From a virus (Duplodnaviria; Caudoviricetes), in the IMG/VR virus record IMGVR_UViG_3300026549_000030, positions 177,997 through 241,996 of that record: a DNA stretch of 64,000 bases; one strand, written 5' to 3'. This document shows positions 20,865-31,525 of the stretch, in pieces. The translations under genes and the position numbers were made by a program. Below the pieces are notes generated by a model. That model saw only the letters and a list, made by a program, of their open reading frames with translations, did no database searches and was not told the origin of the DNA. Every line of letters begins with the position of its first letter. Positions within the stretch are counted from its first letter, which is position 1.

Positions 20865-21938
20865 ATGAAAGCGAGAATAGTAATCGGAGCTAATTACGGC
20901 GACGAGGGCAAGGGAACAGTAGTAGCAAACTACACAAAGCTTGCAAATGGCAAGGTTCTTAACGTCCTCACAAACGGCGGAGCTCAGCGCGGGCATTCAA
21001 TCCTGACGAAAGACGGAAGTATTACATTCCAGCACTTCGGCTCAGGAACCTATCACGGCGCAGATAATTACTATTCTCGCTACTTCATTCTCAACCCGAT
21101 GCAGTTCGTTAAGGAGTATGAAACGCTCCTTGTGAAGCCGACTATCTATCGCAGCCAATGGTGCCGTTGGTCCACTCCATACGATTCAATGGCAAACTTA
21201 ATTCTCGAGCAGCAATTGGGGCGCCACGCTTCCTGCTGTATGGGCATTTGGAATACAGTAAGGCGTTACCGCGAGCTCGGTGCAAATGGTACCATGGGTT
21301 TTGACGATTTCGTGAAGGACGAGGCGAAAGCTATTATGCACCTTGCGGACGTCAAGCACTACTATGAGAAACTGATTTTCGTGCCTCAGGAGTGGAAATC
21401 AATTTGGGACAACCCGAACATTATGACACACTTCCTTAACGATTGCCGCTTCATGTCCGAACATACGATTGTCTGCGACAACCTGTATCAACTTGATTAT
21501 GACGAACTTATTTTCGAGAATGGGCAAGGACTGCTGTTGTGCGACAGGGGGTTAGACGAATCGGACAGGACGCCAAGTCAGACAGGCATTCAGTATGCGC
21601 GTGATATGGCGGCTGGAATTATTTTCGACGATATTACAGTCCATTATGTGACCAGGCCTTATCTTACCCGTCACGGCGACGGAAACCTCTCAGGGGAGTC
21701 GAGTAGGAAATTCATTTCTTCAACCGTTCATGAAGATAGGACGAACCACTACAACGAAGGACAGGGTGAGTTCCGATTCGGTAATCTCGATATTGACTCG
21801 CTTAAGGAAAGAGTCGAGGGAGACGCAGGAAAATTCAAATACGAAATTGAACTCACACACTGCGACGAAATGGATAGAGTTGCGGAATTCAAGAAGAAAT
21901 TCGGGGTTGTGAACACATACGACACTCCGCTTGTCTAA
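20865..21938 (+). CDS. purA: Adenylosuccinate-synthetase-like protein (short, divergent)
   Basis: GANYGDEGKG, GGAQRGH, FENGQGLLL, TRPYLTRHGDG; 357 aa. Confidence 0.8.
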   Translation: MKARIVIGANYGDEGKGTVVANYTKLANGKVLNVLTNGGAQRGHSILTKDGSITFQHFGSGTYHGADNYYSRYFILNPMQFVKEYETLLVKPTIYRSQWCRWSTPYDSMANLILEQQLGRHASCCMGIWNTVRRYRELGANGTMGFDDFVKDEAKAIMHLADVKHYYEKLIFVPQEWKSIWDNPNIMTHFLNDCRFMSEHTIVCDNLYQLDYDELIFENGQGLLLCDRGLDESDRTPSQTGIQYARDMAAGIIFDDITVHYVTRPYLTRHGDGNLSGESSRKFISSTVHEDRTNHYNEGQGEFRFGNLDIDSLKERVEGDAGKFKYEIELTHCDEMDRVAEFKKKFGVVNTYDTPLV

Positions 21939-21968
21939 AAAGAAAACTCGGCAGAAATGCCGAGTTTT

Positions 21969-22499
21969 TTATATAGAAAGTAGAACTTTTTTGATTGACT
22001 CCGATACGATTACCCTGAGAGTATCCTCATTAATGGTAACTGTCTCATTTTCAATTCCCTTATTATAGACATCGGGCCAATGATACCTATCGCTAGCAAG
22101 TTTTCCGTTAACCTTAACGCCATTAATGGATTCTACGTAATCCGCGCCATCGCCGTCAATATAGAATACCTTCTTACCGATACACATCTCGTAACTATGC
22201 CCCCCGTTTCCGTGCGCACCCATTGTAACCAAGAGCGCAAATACCGCCCTTGCGTTTTTCGTATCGAACGTTGCCTCAAACGCCCTATCATCATCAACTT
22301 TTTTAAGTTCCAAGTGGCTTATCTTAATGGATGGGAAGAAGAAATCTTCCTCATCAAGCCCATATTCACTTTTCTTGTTGTAATCAATCCTCACAACGAT
22401 ATCCTTCTCAGTAAGTCCGTTGAGGTGCTCCAATACGGCATATACCCCGTCCTCGGGAGAGCCGTCTTTCTTTGTGTAACTTCTAAATCTGACTGTCAT
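21969..22499 (-). CDS. Hypothetical protein with a C-terminal INEDTLRVIVSESIKKVL motif
   Basis: Shared motif; upstream TATTTAT. Confidence 0.65.
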   Translation of the reverse strand: MTVRFRSYTKKDGSPEDGVYAVLEHLNGLTEKDIVVRIDYNKKSEYGLDEEDFFFPSIKISHLELKKVDDDRAFEATFDTKNARAVFALLVTMGAHGNGGHSYEMCIGKKVFYIDGDGADYVESINGVKVNGKLASDRYHWPDVYNKGIENETVTINEDTLRVIVSESIKKVLLSI

Positions 22500-22558
22500 A
22501 ACATTGATAAATACCTTTTTATTCGCGAATAATTAAAATTTTGGAGTATATTTGTCAT

Positions 22559-22732
22559 ATGACAATAGAAGAAATCAGACTACAAGTAGCAATCTCCTGC
22601 ATTCAGGGAGTATTGGAAGCCAAGCACGGCGTTATCGGTGAAGTTGTTCCCGCATTGGCGGTTGAGGAATCGCTCAGAATTGCCGATGAGTTCGTTAAAC
22701 AATGGGAAGAACGGTATGGCATACGAAGCTGA
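22559..22732 (+). CDS. Small hypothetical protein
   Basis: ORF after a TATATTTG promoter element. Confidence 0.5.
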   Translation: MTIEEIRLQVAISCIQGVLEAKHGVIGEVVPALAVEESLRIADEFVKQWEERYGIRS

Positions 22733-22967
22733 GATTCGTGAATTGTATGAGGAATATCTATCACTGCGTGAATGCTTTGATGCTAGCGTAAAAAAAGCCA
22801 ATATAAGTGACGATATACTCGAGCGCGTGTTTTATTTCAGAGCCGCCGCAGAATATGCGCGTAAAATGAATGAAGTGGCGGAAAAACGCTACGGCTATAT
22901 TAAGAGAAAATTCCCAAGTAAGCCAATATCATTAATAGAATATATACAAAAAAAGGAGGACGCTTGA
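22716..22967 (+). CDS. Small hypothetical protein
   Basis: ORF overlapping the upstream gene. Confidence 0.5.
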   Translation: MAYEAEIRELYEEYLSLRECFDASVKKANISDDILERVFYFRAAAEYARKMNEVAEKRYGYIKRKFPSKPISLIEYIQKKEDA

Positions 22968-22999
22968 TCCTCCTTTAATTTTATCCATAATATGTAAGG

Positions 23000-23347
23000 T
23001 TAAAATTTCCAGCTGTTCCTGTCGCCAGACGTGCAGTAAACAAGCGTATTTTCATCATAGTAGTTATTCACACACCCGAATACGCTGAATGAACCGCCCC
23101 TTGTCTCCTGCGCCTTCTTCTTTGCGTCGTTAATCGCGTCCTTCTCAGCATCGTACCCTTCTCCCGTAGAGGTGTAATTCTGAATAACGGCGTCGCAACT
23201 GTCGTCAACGAGAACATAGCTGTCGTAACCGTTCTTCCACTTCAAGTCCCCGAATTCATTTTCAGATAGAACCTTCTGTATTGTTTCAGAAACCATTTCA
23301 CGAAGTTGCGCCTCGTTGATTTTTATAACGTTCTTATTTTTTCTCAT
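23000..23347 (-). CDS. Probable head-packaged protein (KINEAQLREMVSETIQKVLSE leader)
   Basis: Shared leader motif. Confidence 0.7.
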   Translation of the reverse strand: MRKNKNVIKINEAQLREMVSETIQKVLSENEFGDLKWKNGYDSYVLVDDSCDAVIQNYTSTGEGYDAEKDAINDAKKKAQETRGGSFSVFGCVNNYYDENTLVYCTSGDRNSWKF

Positions 23348-23357
23348 AATATTTTCT

Positions 23358-23579
23358 TTATTTCTTATTCCATTTCTTAGCATTCTGAGAGAATGTTGCC
23401 CTTTTCCTTGTAATGGGATTCTTTGAATGTGTAAGTTCCTCAGTACTCTTCCCTGTCCTCTCCTTCGTGGCGTTAAACTTCCCCTTGTTCTTTTCCTTTA
23501 TATGAATACCCCCCTCCCTGAGACTTTCCATGATAACGGAAGATATTATTTCCCTTAATTGCGATTCTGTTATTCTCAT
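23358..23579 (-). CDS. Small basic protein: ITE leader plus an IHIK..NKGKF...KRATF..NAKKW module
   Basis: Start refined to ATG 23579; upstream TATTTAT. Confidence 0.7.
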   Translation of the reverse strand: MRITESQLREIISSVIMESLREGGIHIKEKNKGKFNATKERTGKSTEELTHSKNPITRKRATFSQNAKKWNKK

Positions 23580-24398
23580 GCCTTTGCCTTTTATTTTATA
23601 GATAAATACCTTAATATAAGGTAAAGCAAGTAATATTGTAAACCGATTTTGAGGAAATTGGAATTTTTTTCCGGGAAAATTTTTTGAAAATGGTACCCTT
23701 TGAAAAAAGAAGGGGGTACCCCATGGAAAAATTCGAAAATTTTTCCGGAAATTCATGCGCGGCATTGCCCCCCGCCTTTTGGGTATTGACGGGCAGGGTA
23801 ACATAGGGGGGAGCTTACGTAGGGAGGGGTAGGGGGAGGGGCTCCCTCCGTGTGCCAAGACAGTGGATACGCCTCCACCCGGGTGAATATATTCTTTAAA
23901 ATACTCGAAGGCGCCGCATACGCAAGTGAATCTACAGTTTTTTTGTATCTGCACGAGAGGAGTGTCTTCCCAATCGCAATCCGTGACTGGTTTCTCAGAT
24001 AATCACCCAAATTTAGAAAATGCGGTGAAAAATGTCTTTGTAACATATTGATTTTCAACAACATACAAAACAGAAGAAAAACAGGAAAAATCTCGAAGTT
24101 TTGAACTTTATATTCGTTAAAATAATACAGCAGCGTGCATGGGCAAGTGTTTGTTTCAAAAAGTTAAGAGAAAGTCAGAGTGGGAATGGTTGATAGAGAT
24201 TCTGCGGAGATAATGTCTGAGATACTTGCGAGTGCGACGAACCTTCTTATTTTAAAGAATATATACAGCCATCTGCAGGCTGGCTCGGGCTTCGGAGAAA
24301 TTCAGCGAAAACGAAGAGAATTTTTTGAAAATCGCTGACATTTATTTGCGAATGTAAAACTAATTCACTATCTTTGTATGTAGATAAAGGAAGATATT

Positions 24399-24563
24399 AT
24401 GAAATGGTTATTCAAGACAATCGTTGACGGAGTAGTAAACACTTGCTACGAATTTGATAGTGAGGAGAAAGCCGAGAGGTGGAGAAAGAACTACATTGAG
24501 GAAATGAGAAAAATCGGTTGCTATCCGTTAAAGGGTTTGGAACTGAAAGTTGAACAAGCATAA
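24399..24563 (+). CDS. Small hypothetical protein (54 aa, below the ORF-track cutoff)
   Basis: ATG 24399 after a promoter, TAA 24561. Confidence 0.55.
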   Translation: MKWLFKTIVDGVVNTCYEFDSEEKAERWRKNYIEEMRKIGCYPLKGLELKVEQA

Positions 24564-24574
24564 AATTTATCGTT

Positions 24575-24892
24575 ATGATTAAGGAACACTTTTACGAGGA
24601 CATTGCACGAAAGTATCAGTTCGACAAACACATTTGGGAGGGTTGGACTGTAGGCGATTTCGTTGCAGAGTTGGAACCGAGCCTTGACAACATTATGGAT
24701 TTCAGTGAGAGCCGTGCATATTGTGAACCGAGATTGACTACCAAGGTAGAGATTAAGGATTGGGTGCGCAACAATCTTCCGTACACCACCAAGGCGCTGA
24801 ACGAAGTTACCAAGTATTTCGTGGACAAGTACAATGGAATGGCTATCTTCGATCCTGAAAAGCCGAACTGCATAGGGAAACTGAAACTTTAA
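24575..24892 (+). CDS. Hypothetical early protein
   Basis: Cassette gene followed by a terminator. Confidence 0.7.
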   Translation: MIKEHFYEDIARKYQFDKHIWEGWTVGDFVAELEPSLDNIMDFSESRAYCEPRLTTKVEIKDWVRNNLPYTTKALNEVTKYFVDKYNGMAIFDPEKPNCIGKLKL

Positions 24893-24915
24893 GGGAAACG
24901 ATATTTTTGAGAGAG

Positions 24916-24941
24916 GGCAATCCGAGAGGGTTGCCTTTTTT
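24916..24941 (+). terminator. Intrinsic terminator of the GGCAAYCC-GARA-GGGTTGCC family
   Basis: Related hairpins with T-tails near 27154, 28690, 29633 and 34655. Confidence 0.8.
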
Positions 24942-25265
24942 CGTATCTGTTTCCCATGAGGAGAGTCCTGAGGTGAACTGTAGTATATTCCTTAAAATAG
25001 ATGAAGGCGCCGCACGAGCAAGACTTCGGGGAGAAAATGCTGGGGCAATGGGTGGGTGGCAGTTTCTGAAAAAAAGTGAGCGACAGACTTGTCAGTGTCG
25101 TCGACGTGGATATTTTAAGGAATATATACAGCCAGCTGCAGCTGGTTATCAGGGCAGTCGGGCTTCGGGGCGTTGCTTCCAAAAAAAAGATGAACTTTTT
25201 TGCGCAGGGTATTGCATATGTAAAAAATAATGCGTATCTTTGAATAACAAAAGAAAAGAAAGAAT

Positions 25266-25652
25266 ATGGAAATCGTATCAATGAAGAAAGATTGTCTTGG
25301 GACAATGGAGTTCACGCTCAAGATTGGAAAGATGAAAAAGGCGGAGAGTTTTTGCACTTATCCAATACAAAAGGGCGATAGTGGGGATAAGGTGTATTTG
25401 CAGTCGCATCATCGTTGGGCGGAGTTGAACACGCAGACGGGCGAAATTATAATGTCAGCAAGAAGAGCGCAGTACGCGAACTCAATGTGGCTGCTTGAAT
25501 GTCGCATCAAGGGAACGGATGAAATCGACAAAGCGACAAGCGAACAACTTGAGCAGATGCTTTCAGCAATTCGGAAAACCGCAAGTCCAATGGCAGGTGG
25601 CAACAATATATTGTCAATGTTCTGCGACAATTCCAACGCAGGGTTAGTGTAG
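25266..25652 (+). CDS. Hypothetical early protein
   Basis: Promoter-gene-terminator cassette. Confidence 0.7.
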   Translation: MEIVSMKKDCLGTMEFTLKIGKMKKAESFCTYPIQKGDSGDKVYLQSHHRWAELNTQTGEIIMSARRAQYANSMWLLECRIKGTDEIDKATSEQLEQMLSAIRKTASPMAGGNNILSMFCDNSNAGLV

Positions 25653-26718
25653 GTTACTTCAGTTGGTTGGTAAAGTCCGTGCCGTATGGCGCGGATTTTT
25701 TTGCTACAGTGTTTTCGGGTGAGCCATAGTCGGAGAAAATTTTTGAGAAAGACTTGCGAGTGTCGCCAGGTGAAGTATTTTAAAGAATATATACACCAGC
25801 TGCAGCTGGTTATCAGGGCAGTAGGGCTTCTTTGCTTATAATATTGAGATGACATACCGTGGATACGTCTTTGCTGTCTGGAGTATATTCTTTAAAATAG
25901 CCAGAGGCATCGCATGGGCAAGAAAATAGACGGATAATTTGTGATAAAAAACTTAAATTAAATTTTGTAATGTTGATTATTTTTATTAAATTTGATGTAA
26001 ATTAAAAAGATAATAATATGAAAAAGAACGAGAAACTTTGCAACGAGTTCAAGGGATTGACTATCTACGATTCCGAGAACGAGCAGTTCCCCTACTTCGT
26101 GAAAGAGTGGGACGAGTGCTTCACCTACGAAGAAATTAAGGAACATTGGAGAGAAGATATGGACTTCGCCAACATTGACACGGAGCAGTAGCGCACGAAA
26201 GAAATGCCTTTGGATTACGGGCGACATTTTGGATAAGGTACCAAAATGTAGATAGCCACCCACCAAATCGGTGGGTGGTTTTCTTTTATCAGGGAGAGTA
26301 TCCTGAGTAGAACTGTAGTATATTCTTTAAAATAACAGAAGGCGCCACACGAGCAAGGGTTTGTTCAGAAAAGTGCATTTGGAAGCGTTAGGCGCAGTTT
26401 TTCTGTTCAGGGACTTGCAGATGCGGGTTCTTCATGTATTTTAAAGAATATAATGCGCCGCAGCGAGCGTGCTGAGGCTCTTGGCACAGTTTCACTCGAA
26501 TGACAGACAGAGATTCTTCTGAAATTTCTCGTTCAGCGACTTGCAGGTGTCGTCGATACAGGTATTTTAACGAATATATACAGCTGGCTGCAGGCTGGTT
26601 ATCAGGGATGGTCTGGCTTCATGAATCCGCGTTAAAAAAATTTCGCAAGGGTATTGCATAAGTAAAATATTATACTTATATTTGCATAAGGAAAGTTGAA
26701 CAATTAAATCAAGAGGAA

Positions 26719-27132
26719 ATGAACGTTTTTCAGTATTCTTCAGTAGTTGAGCAAAATTGGAAAGCCAATCTCGGAGATATGACGGATTGGAAACCGAGTT
26801 ACACTTTCTATAGCGATTTTGCTATAGCCGAGTTCTGCCAAGTTTGGCTGCGTGAGAATAACGCAGTCAAAAAAACCTACAACCAAGTTATCAAATCTTG
26901 GGGGAGCAACTACAAGGCTTTGACGGAAATCGTTATGGTGCTTAACCACAAATCGTGGGCATTTGCCAAGCCAAACCGAGTGGACGCAAAGTACCTCAAT
27001 GTCGGGGATTCGTGGGCGGACTATTTCGTAGAACTCTATAGCGAACTCTATAAGAAAGCGGACGCGCTTTACCGAAAGAAGTTTGCAAAGAACGAAACCG
27101 CTATGAGTTACTACTTTGATGTAACTGATTAG
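26719..27132 (+). CDS. Hypothetical early protein
   Basis: Promoter-gene-terminator cassette. Confidence 0.75.
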   Translation: MNVFQYSSVVEQNWKANLGDMTDWKPSYTFYSDFAIAEFCQVWLRENNAVKKTYNQVIKSWGSNYKALTEIVMVLNHKSWAFAKPNRVDAKYLNVGDSWADYFVELYSELYKKADALYRKKFAKNETAMSYYFDVTD

Positions 27133-27794
27133 TACTCGATTGAGTACAAGAAATGGCAATCCGAAAGGGTTGCCTTTTTTCGTTGGTACTACCGACAGAC
27201 TGTGGTGACGGGACTCAGGAGGTATTATATTCTTTAAAATAAGAAGGCTGCCTGCATGTGCAAGAGTTCAGAGAGGAAATCTGTACTCTACTGCCGTCAA
27301 TGCTGTTTTTCTCGTGGAACGACTTGCCGGTGCGGCGTCGTCATCTATTTTAAGGAATATATGGAGGCTGCCAAGACGTCTCGGGCTTCGATAGCGTGGC
27401 TTCCAACAGGGACTTACTGTAAATGCCAAAGAGAGTATCCTGAGGAGCGTGCAATATATTCTTTAAAATAATCCTTCGTCTGACTCATGCAAATTTTTCA
27501 AATGGAATTTTTCCATGAAAAATCTTAAGCGAAAACTTTAGTGGAAATTTGCCCATGCGGCGCCTTCCAGTATTTTAAGGAATATAATAACGGGCTGCCA
27601 CAGAATTGGGCTTCTTGAAAAAAAGTTAAAATTTTTTGAAAGAATCAGAGAGAAAATGGGTATAAATATATGTAAGCAACAAAGAAAAAAAAAACAAAGA
27701 AATTTTGCGCAAGGTATTGTATATGTAAAAATTATTTTGTACCTTTGTTGTCAGAAAGAGATAAGGAAGTATAACCAACAAACACACTACCACT

Positions 27795-28667
27795 ATGGCA
27801 AGAGCAATTGACGTGCGTTGCGGCAGCACCAAGAGCCGCACAATGGCTACCGAACTTTTCATGGCTGAAGCTCGCAAATATAACGTGCTTACGGCTGACG
27901 AAGAGCTTGAGCTTATCAACAAGGCGCAGGCAGGTGATGAATCCGCGAAAACCGCGCTCGTGAACCACAACCTCCGTTTCCTTTTCTCGCTCGCAAGCAA
28001 GTTCGCGAAGGGCGACGAGGCTATGGATTTAGTTTCCTACGCCACGATTGGCATGTACAAGGCAATAGACTCGTATGATGCCACTCGCGGACTACGTTTG
28101 CTTTCTTATGCCGTACATTGGATGCGTGCGGAAATTTCCGAATACTACAACGGTGACGCGCAACTTGTCCGCAATAAGCAGCAGTACAAAGTTGCCGCTC
28201 GCAGTGTACGCGTTAATGACAAGTTTTTCGCGGAAAACGGGCGGTATCCAAGCGAAGCGGAACTCGTTGAGATTCTGAACTCCGAATACAACCTAGAACT
28301 GAAAAAGCGCAGCGATGTCCTTCGCCACTCCTATACCTCCCTCAACTCCAAGATTGACGAGGACGGGGCAACTTTGGAAGAAATTGGAGAGGTTGCTATT
28401 GCTACCGCCTGCCACAATGAGGTGGAGGACTCGATTGAGTCCGAAGATAGGGCGCACACCCTCGAGAAACTCCTTTCCACACTCCCCCTGCGGAATCGTA
28501 TGATTCTCGAAATGTCTGTCGGAATGGGCGACTACGAGGGCATTGAACGCGATGACGATGCAATCGCAGTAGAACTCGGACTTACGAGGGAGAGAGTCCG
28601 TCAGATTCGCCTCAAGAGCCTTGCAACTCTGAAGGATAGAGCAAAGCGTATTCTCGCTACCGCATAG
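27795..28667 (+). CDS. Sigma70-family RNA polymerase sigma factor (regions 1.2-4)
   Basis: VLTADEELEL, LVNHNLRFL, DLVSYATIGMYKAIDSYD..RG.RLLSYAVHW, and region 4 IAVELGLTRERVRQI. Confidence 0.9.
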   Translation: MARAIDVRCGSTKSRTMATELFMAEARKYNVLTADEELELINKAQAGDESAKTALVNHNLRFLFSLASKFAKGDEAMDLVSYATIGMYKAIDSYDATRGLRLLSYAVHWMRAEISEYYNGDAQLVRNKQQYKVAARSVRVNDKFFAENGRYPSEAELVEILNSEYNLELKKRSDVLRHSYTSLNSKIDEDGATLEEIGEVAIATACHNEVEDSIESEDRAHTLEKLLSTLPLRNRMILEMSVGMGDYEGIERDDDAIAVELGLTRERVRQIRLKSLATLKDRAKRILATA

Positions 28668-29004
28668 ACTCGGTTGAGTCTGAAAGAAAGGGCAACCCGA
28701 AAGGGCTGTCTTTTTTTTTATGCTTTAGCTATCGACGGCGGAGTCGTATCCGACGCCTGTTTTATATTCCTTAAAATAACGAAGGAGCCTGCACCTGCAA
28801 GTCGCTCGAACAGAAATATTCATTCTATACACCCGTACTGCGGTTTTTATCAGGAGAGTCTTGTGGATGCGGGTTCACCATGTATATTAAGGAATATAAA
28901 CAGATGGCTACCAGCTTCTTCAACAGTTTGAGGCCATGTTAAAAATAAATTTGCACAATAGAAATATTATTCATATATTTGCAATAGATAAAGAGAAAAG
29001 AGTT

Positions 29005-29244
29005 ATGAAAATCAGAGTTGTTTCTTACAATGCGTACGAAGAATGGCACGAAGAAAAAATGGCTGAAGGTAAAGGAAAAGGTTTGTCCGAACTGACGGAT
29101 AAAGACTTTATGGAAATTTACAAGAAAGATGGCGCAAATTGGGAGTTTGATTCATTTCGAGCATTTGCAGATGAATTCAATTCTGACGGGCCGTTCGCTC
29201 CGACTCCATACGCGCATATTATCAGATTTTTCCCTAACGAATAA
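29005..29244 (+). CDS. Hypothetical early protein
   Basis: Start refined to lie after the promoter. Confidence 0.6.
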   Translation: MKIRVVSYNAYEEWHEEKMAEGKGKGLSELTDKDFMEIYKKDGANWEFDSFRAFADEFNSDGPFAPTPYAHIIRFFPNE

Positions 29245-29256
29245 AATATTTGGGCT

Positions 29257-29595
29257 ATGAAAATTTCATTATACTTTTCAGATAGAATTAAAAATTTGAA
29301 GTACGATTTGATTCGTGCAATTACCTCTTCCGTGCTTGGTAACGAAGGTTCTATTGCTTTCCCCACGAGTGACGAGGAAGAAGAAGATAAGGTAGTGATT
29401 GACGCGCACGTTGATATGTCGGGACAGACTGAACCTTGCACAATCGGTAGCGTGGCAATCAACCACAATTTGAATGCGGAAGTTAATATGTCAGGCAGGT
29501 TTTTTGGGCATTGGACGCTTGAAGTAACTGAATTGTCAATCGAATCGCTTTTCTCCATTGTAGAATACCTTGACAAAAATGGCTACGTTAAGTAG
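29257..29595 (+). CDS. Hypothetical early protein
   Basis: Cassette gene. Confidence 0.65.
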   Translation: MKISLYFSDRIKNLKYDLIRAITSSVLGNEGSIAFPTSDEEEEDKVVIDAHVDMSGQTEPCTIGSVAINHNLNAEVNMSGRFFGHWTLEVTELSIESLFSIVEYLDKNGYVK

Positions 29596-29918
29596 CGTGG
29601 CGAGGTTCATATTTCTTATTTTTCTTTCAAAAGGGCAGCCGTAAGGTTGCCCATTTTTTTTTCGAGTGTTCTGTTGCGTATGCGGCGAGCCCGTTTATTT
29701 TAAGGAATATACATCCTGTTCAGAGGCGTGGTTTCGAGATGATGTCGATTCATGCTTAAGATAATGCATGCATCCAAAACTGTAGGACATGCAATTATAT
29801 TCGTTAAAATACGCTTCCTGACGACACTGACAAATATATCAGGATAAATTTTAGAAGAAAAAATATTTGCATAATTCGCTGAAAATCACTATATTTACAT
29901 AGTTAAAGTTAAGTAATT

Positions 29919-30341
29919 ATGAAAGAATCAGAGATTAAAACCTGCCCTTATTGCGGCTCAGAGAACATTGAGTGGATTAGCGATGATGATTGCTACAACG
30001 AGTACCATTGGCATTGCCACGAGTGCGATTGTTGGTTTGACGCAGACGTTTGTGAACACGAGGAGTATTGGCACCAAATTTCCGCCTTGCTGAATGGAAC
30101 GAGCATTGAGAAGCCATTGGTACTTGGCTCGTATGTTATCCTTCCGTCAGTTGAGGACGAGAGTTGCGGATTGAGCGACTTGGAGAAACTGAACATTGAC
30201 AAGGTACACCAAATTGAGGGTGATGGAACTATGTGGTATCATTTTGAGGGAACTCCGGAAACTGACGACTACTGGTATGATATGTCAGAGTTGGACACAA
30301 GAGATTTGAAGTATCTTCTTGAAGAACTTAGGAACTTATAG
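29919..30341 (+). CDS. Zinc-ribbon acidic protein
   Basis: CPYC...CHEC. Confidence 0.7.
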   Translation: MKESEIKTCPYCGSENIEWISDDDCYNEYHWHCHECDCWFDADVCEHEEYWHQISALLNGTSIEKPLVLGSYVILPSVEDESCGLSDLEKLNIDKVHQIEGDGTMWYHFEGTPETDDYWYDMSELDTRDLKYLLEELRNL

Positions 30342-30619
30342 AGCATATCCTTTGGTGCCGAAACGAAATCCGTGCAGAAATGTACGGATTTTTTTGTTGG
30401 AATACTTGCGAGTGCCGTCGTCTGTAGTTTTTTAATGAATATAAAGACGGGCTGCCACTGTTCTCTCCTGTTGAATTGCCTCAACCTCCTGAGAAGCGTG
30501 CGATGTATTCTTTAAAATAAATCACGCTCTGGCATCCACAAATTTTCTTCTCATGTAAAAATAAATTTGGATATGTGAAATTTAATGTTTATCTTTGCAA
30601 TAGATAAAATAAAAGAAAT

Positions 30620-31090
30620 ATGTGCCTTTACATTTCAACTAAATTTCATCACTCTGTCAATGAAGAGTACAGAGCAAAAAAAGTAGGTAAGAATCCGTTG
30701 TTAGTTTGGAAAGTCCTTGAATACAACTATAGTACGCTAGGATACCAAACTCCTTATGAATATTTACCTATCACTTTCAATAATGGAATGAAAGTGGTAG
30801 ATGGGATAGGATTTCGTCCCGTAAAGCAAAAGTCGTATTCATATATAAACACGGCTGTGAACGAGGGCGTTCACGCATATCACACAAAGGACGATGCAAC
30901 AGATGCCACGATAGAAGCATTAGAGTCTGGGTGGAGATTTAAGCGATTTCCTGCTATAATTCCTTCGGGCGAAAAATATTTCATTGGGATATACGGGGAT
31001 ATTGTTGCAAGCAAGATGATTATCTTCAAGAGTATGAAAAGTCTTAACAAATATCTTAACGGAAAAGAAACAACAACAATTGATGATTGA
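30620..31090 (+). CDS. Hypothetical protein, MCL-family paralog 1
   Basis: MCLYI...K.L.Y...Y.TP...G.HAY...AIIP.G..Y.IG..GDIV shared with 35491 and 45033. Confidence 0.75.
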   Translation: MCLYISTKFHHSVNEEYRAKKVGKNPLLVWKVLEYNYSTLGYQTPYEYLPITFNNGMKVVDGIGFRPVKQKSYSYINTAVNEGVHAYHTKDDATDATIEALESGWRFKRFPAIIPSGEKYFIGIYGDIVASKMIIFKSMKSLNKYLNGKETTTIDD

Positions 31091-31302
31091 AATTTGGTAG
31101 AGTTACCAAGGCAGATAGAGCCACCGAGAAATCGGTGGTTTTTTTATTCCCGTACTTGTGAGTGCGGCTCCTTCTGTTATTTTAAGGAATATAAACAGTT
31201 CAGGATACCTGTTGAACAGCCTCTTCAAAAAAAATGAAAATAAATTTTGATATGTAGAAAATTATGTATATATTTGCAAGTAGATAAATCAAGAAAGAAG
31301 AC

Positions 31303-31524
31303 ATGAAAGCAGAAGAAATTTTTATGACACTTGCGCCTATGATTAGCACCACTGACGGAAAGGTGGCATATTTGCGAATCGGTAAGGGACTTGCCTATGG
31401 AAAGGTTTGGTGCGACTATGTTCGTGCTGACAATGGAGAAAGGATTTATCTTCAAAATAAGTTCTATCCGACTTTGGAAGAATCCATAAGCGCACTCTAC
31501 GATGTAGTAGTAAAAAGCAACTGA
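31303..31524 (+). CDS. Hypothetical early protein
   Basis: Cassette gene. Confidence 0.6.
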   Translation: MKAEEIFMTLAPMISTTDGKVAYLRIGKGLAYGKVWCDYVRADNGERIYLQNKFYPTLEESISALYDVVVKSN

Positions 31525-31525
31525 C

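Noticed and set aside
20865-21938. PurZ / diaminopurine (Z-genome) pathway
   Set aside because: The catalytic-loop Asp (GDEGKG) is retained, and no dATPase or MazZ-like neighbours are visible.
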